64,000 nucleotides of DNA from the NCBI GenBank assembly GCA_964035545.1, contig OZ037771.1:5241190-5305189 (forward strand), in the 5' to 3' direction. The notes under the pieces are model-generated. The model made no database searches. It worked only from the letters and a program-made list of their open reading frames with translations, and had not been told where the DNA came from. Every line of letters starts with the position of its first letter. Within the stretch, counting starts at the first letter, position 1. Shown here piece after piece: positions 59,501 to 64,000 of this stretch. Source of the stretch: Bugula neritina (lineage: Eukaryota; Animalia; Bryozoa). The position numbers and the translations under genes were made by a program.

Positions 59501-62500
59501 AGTAATGTAGTTGTGTAAATATATTTTATAAAGTCATTCAGTTGTATGAATATTTTATAAATTAATGTAATACTTGAAGTAAATAACCAATAAGGTACAG
59601 TAACATAAACAACTTTTTTGAAAATAGCTACAAACTAAAGATACATGCATGAACTACATCTGTTATACAGTACACTGCAGCGGTATAAGTAATGTCCTAA
59701 AGTAACACACCATATAAATAGCAAAACTTCTGAACCACACATGCATAGCAAAATAAAATACTTATCAAAGTAGAGTAAAACAAAGCCCTAGTACTTAAGC
59801 TTAGAAACATACTCTTTGGTGTTGCATCGACGTAGTAAGACTGGTTGAGGGGATGGAGCTCTGCTTTTTCAAAGTAGCTAACTTCTAGCTTTGCAGGTTC
59901 TTTAGGGTTTGCAACAAGTGGCGTTAGCGTCACCTCATCAAATCTGTAGAACTGTGACAGAATATTCCTTTAAGACAGCTGCGGTCATACAATAGTAATA
60001 CTTTCATGCAAGTTTATAGGCACAACCCATGAGAACTCCTGATGGAAAGTGTTTTTAAAGCAGGCTAAGGACTTTTTCAAATCTGGCACAGGAGCAATTA
60101 TGACTGAATGCTCTTCCTAACATCACCAATGGCCGTTACTGGGAATCAAACTTGTGACGTCGTGTTTGCTAAGCTAAACACTCTAACCTGTAGACTATAT
60201 GGCTACTCCCTATGTAACAGTGTTACTGACCATCTCGAAGTCAACAGTAACACAAATACTATTGAGACCATGCAATAGCAATGCTCAGTTCACACACTCA
60301 TTTCATTTAGGCGCAGTAGTAGAGAAATTGAGGTAAGACAAGCTCCTTAATTTTCTTGATAAATTTTGGTTTGGGAGTCAAAATGAAATTTTCACAAGAA
60401 AATTACTTCTTTTGATACAATTTTCTCTAAAACACTGGTTGAAATCTCAATTTATCTATTACTACACCTACTCATCAAACTTATAATGCCATCTAAAGCA
60501 TTTACATTGGCATATAATAGTACTATAAGTTATAGTCTATAATGTAACACTCAGTAAATTATGATGACAGCATTTTAATACATAGTCTTCAAGAAACAAT
60601 GTGGAAGTTATCTGATTGCATAGTAAAGAACCTGACTAGTCAAATCAGCCATTACCAGTTTGAACTATTTAGATTAGTAATATTTTCTTGTTTCTAGCTC
60701 ACTTGCCAACCTATTTAAAAACTGGTTACAACAACCAAGTAATCCTGAGATATCTGATTCATTACAAATAGCAAAGCTGAAAGAATTTAGTTTGATATGA
60801 TGCAACCAGATGCTGTGATGTGTTCTCTATCTTATACCATTTACCTGATATAAAACATAATTCATATGTCTTGACATGTCACTCTGTGTATACAAAGCGT
60901 ACTCCCCATTACCTGCAATAGATTACCAGAACAGTTATCAGAATCTTTCAAAACTATTTTTGGACTTATTATCTTTTACCAATAATTGGCTCTAAAATAG
61001 TTTTTGCTTTAAAATACTAAAGAAAACCAATACTGAAATGCAATCAACTCAGCTTTTATCCACAACTCAATAATATTCAGTTTTCTTAGTAGTAATTGAA
61101 AGCCATTCCTTCCCTCGTTAAGAAGGAAGGTTGGAATACAGAAAAAGCAAGTTAGTCTAGTAAAAACATGTGTAGTTGATGGTATAAAAATAGCTACAAT
61201 GTGCACTTATGTGTCATAGACAATACACATTATATTTACTTTGTAAGTAGTTTTCTGTAATTACTTTAAAATCGAGTTAAAAACCCACAATTACTATTGA
61301 CTATTACAACTTATGTTGCACAGCTTCTGAATGATAAAACGAGTTATTATGACTTTAAGTATTTCTATTCTTATTTTATGCTTTTTTGTCAAGAAAAATA
61401 TTTGGAACTCAAGCTTTAGAAGTACAGAACAGACAACTCCTTATGCATGAAGAATTGTTCTAGTTTCAAGCAAATCAAAATAATTATAACTTGGCACAAC
61501 TTATGCAATGGTTTGGCAAATACAGGAGTGTCACTATATTTATTAAGGAGTGTAGTGCTTGTTTGTTCAAAAACTTTCTATGTTTAGAAGCCAAAGTTGT
61601 ATAGGCTGCTTTTATTATCTGTCAATATTTTACATGCCAAACTCATTACCTCATTACACACAATACTTTTATTAAAAGGAGAGTTGGTAAGTGATTCTAG
61701 TTGATAACTGGTTACATGGTACTTGGTAGTTAGGTCACTGTAACATCTGTTAATTTGGTTAACATAACACAAGGTAGGTCTAGGTAGGTTACCATAACAC
61801 CATACAGGAAGTTAAGTTAATATAGCATGTGGTAGCCAAGTTATTGTAATGTTACAGTAGCTTCACATTTTATGTAATGTCTAACTCATTTGATTACTCT
61901 ACCTTACACAATCATCCCTTTACCTGGTGGGTATGGTAGTATTTCCCTGTCTGAACTCCATCCTTTCAGAAAAACATGGTGAAACGCTATTCTGTTTGCC
62001 TGTGAGAACTTTTCAAAAGTTGCCCTTTCACTAAAGAATATTGCTAGCTAAAACAAAAATAAGGGGTTTGCCTGTATATAGTGTGTGCAATCCCTTGTCA
62101 CAATACCTTGGTATATTCACCTGCTTAAACTATATATATTTAGGTGTGGTACAGGGTACAGGTTTGCTTAGCTAGCATTTTCAATTATGGTTTTGAGTTG
62201 GGGTTTAAAATAATATTGCTTTAAATCATATATCAACAGTTTTTAATGCAACAACTATAATATAATAGACATGTATATCTATTAAAGCTCATTCCATATA
62301 CTGCATACATTGGAAACATTCTATATAATATTATACTACAATAAAACTACATTCAGTATATTTAGGACTACTATCATCTTTGTGTCTGCGACCTAAACTT
62401 GGTGCAATAATTATGCAATACATTTTATGGAATATAATACCTATATGATTATAAAGAACATTTTGATTCATGTTTTCAAAAACCAGTATTTGGCCATTTA

Positions 62501-63159
62501 GGAACAGTAGTGGAGAAATTGAGATAGCCTAAGTTCTTTAATTTTATTATTAAATTTTGGTTATTGCAAGAACATAACTCCTTATGCTACATTTCTAATC
62601 TAGAACACAGGCTTTTCTCAATTTCTCCATTACTGCACCTACCTCCTATATTTGGCACGATACTGCAAAATACGTAAATATAAATAGAGTGTGTATATTT
62701 TATAATGTCTTATCTACTACTTGTCTTTTATATCATTATTCAATAGTGTTCCCTTCGTACCTCACTATAAAATTACAGGTCCCGCAAGTAGAAAACGAGA
62801 TTTGACTTCCAGAACAGTTAAATTCGGCCATTTTATCTCATATTTACACACAAACAGAAACTACAAAACAGGTCTAAGCCCTTCTTGTGGCTTATGGAAT
62901 TTTGTGGAAACTGAAACTGTAAGCTATTGAATGAGCACTGTATTTTATGTTAATTAGTCTATCTAGAGTCTAGACTCTAGACCTAAGAATGTACTAAGAA
63001 TAGTCGGTCAGTCTCTGCTAGGAGTTATCTTACCTGCCATGTCACTATCAATACTTTTAGCAGCTGGAGAAGCAACTTGTAGGGAAATGTTCGTTTTACT
63101 CTCCACTTCTTACAGGGAGTTTCAAAGAGACGCTTCAAGGCTTCTCTCAAGTCACGAAT
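53562..63159 (-). CDS. MCOLN: Mucolipin / TRPML cation channel, multi-exon; first exon(s) not resolved
   Basis: Exons approx. 63159-63034 (LREALKRLFETPCKKWRVKRTFPYKLLLQLLKVLIVTWQ), 62047-61924 (NRIAFHHVFLKGW), 59943-59813, 58708-58582, 56956-56841, 56209-56060 (TLWYIQYIISD), 55535-55387 (WIGLIRFLGYF), 55142-55020 (PAIVRFLVC...GWVVLGPY), 54800-54588 (pore LFSLINGDE...LFIAVIMDSYETIK), 54249-54043; last exon probably 53624-53562, with an alternative in-frame stop at 54001. Confidence 0.92.
56415..56590. mobile_element. MITE-like family A, copy 4
   Basis: ttagatgcagtaatggaaaaattt...aatttctccagtactgcacatacctc. Confidence 0.75.
57000..57346. repeat. 7-bp satellite ACTAG(N)T; 40 clean units at 57061-57340
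   Basis: Units differ only at one position (G/C/T/A). Confidence 0.95.
58321..58432 (+). mobile_element. tRNA-derived repeat (family T1)
   Basis: gtcctgtggtgtaatg (duplicated A box)...gcttgcaagccag...gggttcaaatcccagtagaggcaaaattatttt. Confidence 0.7.
59960..60210 (-). mobile_element. tRNA-headed SINE (family T2)
   Basis: Reverse complement gggagtagcc...ggttagag...agcaaacac...ggtgatgttaggaagagcattcagtc...aagtccttagcctgctttaaaa; colinear with 33232-33470. Confidence 0.75.
60304..60473. mobile_element. MITE-like family A, copy 5
   Basis: taggcgcagtagtagagaaattgag...ctcaatttatctattactacaccta. Confidence 0.75.
62496..62650. mobile_element. MITE-like family A, copy 6
   Basis: taggaacagtagtggagaaattgaga...tctcaatttctccattactgcacctacctcc. 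Confidence 0.78.
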
Positions 63160-64000
63160 CTAGTAATATATTTTAAATTTGTTGTAGTCTGTAACCCATA
63201 TATAAATGAGCACACACATGCACGCATCACGCACGCATCATGCACAGACATATTTGTACGTGTGTGCGTCCGTGTATGTGTGGCTTGACGTGTTGAGTTC
63301 AATAACAAGGTAATTTTTGAAGCTGTTCCTAATAGGGCACACAACTTCTCAGCACACAAAGTAGTGGAGAAGGTGAATAATTGTGTAGGTTTTGTGAATA
63401 TATCTATTACCAATCTTTATGTGACCCAGATACTAGTAAACACAACTTATAGAATCATGATTCAACTATTAGTAGCAAATACAATTACATGTTGGTGAAA
63501 GTAATCAATTTTGTATATGTGCCATTTTTAGGTTGATTATTTTCCCATACATAATATACTACTCAGCTTACAGTGTATTTCCTGTATTACTCCGGAATAC
63601 TTAGTGCAAACTAGCAATTTGTAGCTGAATTCTATTCATTCAAAGAAATTATTGAGAAAATGCAGGTATACAACTTGAATAAATAGAATGTCAAGCAGTA
63701 CTGCTAAAACTTGAAGCTAATATTGCTTCTAACTCCTTCTTGAAAGCTGCTTGAGGCTGACTGGACAAGATTACATCACAATGTAAGTATGTACCATATT
63801 CTGCTCTCAGTGTATGATCACCACCCAGCAGTTCATAGTAAATACACACCAATATACTATACTTTTCTCTTCAATAACCACGTTATACTAATTACAATAA
63901 TATGCTAAACAGCTACACTGCTAATGAATGTTTATATATAATGGCCCACAAAATTCTTGTCATAAATGAATGGTATAATTGCATAATAGCACAGCCAAAG

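Noticed and set aside
63670-63840. Candidate first coding exons of mucolipin
   Set aside because: Could not build a phase-consistent, stop-free join to 63159; left unresolved

Overview
AT-rich, intron-rich eukaryotic DNA, most likely from a metazoan invertebrate; the taxon cannot be fixed from sequence alone. Five spliced host genes are visible: an ABCC5/MRP5-like ABC transporter (- strand, start ~10521, runs off the left edge), a small MYND-finger + ubiquitin-like + UBA-like gene (+, ~20313-21415), TTC14 (-, ~32360-21678), a five-finger C2H2 gene (+, 46819-52695) and a mucolipin/TRPML channel (-, from 63159 or further right, to ~53562). The centrepiece is an intact, very young 7444-bp Ty3/Gypsy retrotransposon (38439-45882). 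It has identical 304-bp LTRs, a 4-bp TSD, a tRNA-Leu-type PBS and a G_UUA_AAC -1 frameshift site followed by a stem/pseudoknot. It also carries an extra non-env third ORF encoding zinc fingers and a coiled coil. Also present: two solo LTRs of a second family, hAT-type MITEs, a six-copy inverted-repeat element family, two tRNA-derived repeat families, LINE 3' fragments, a decayed SAP/SWIM-like transposon gene and several tandem repeats. Exon coordinates were read by eye and may be off by a few bases.
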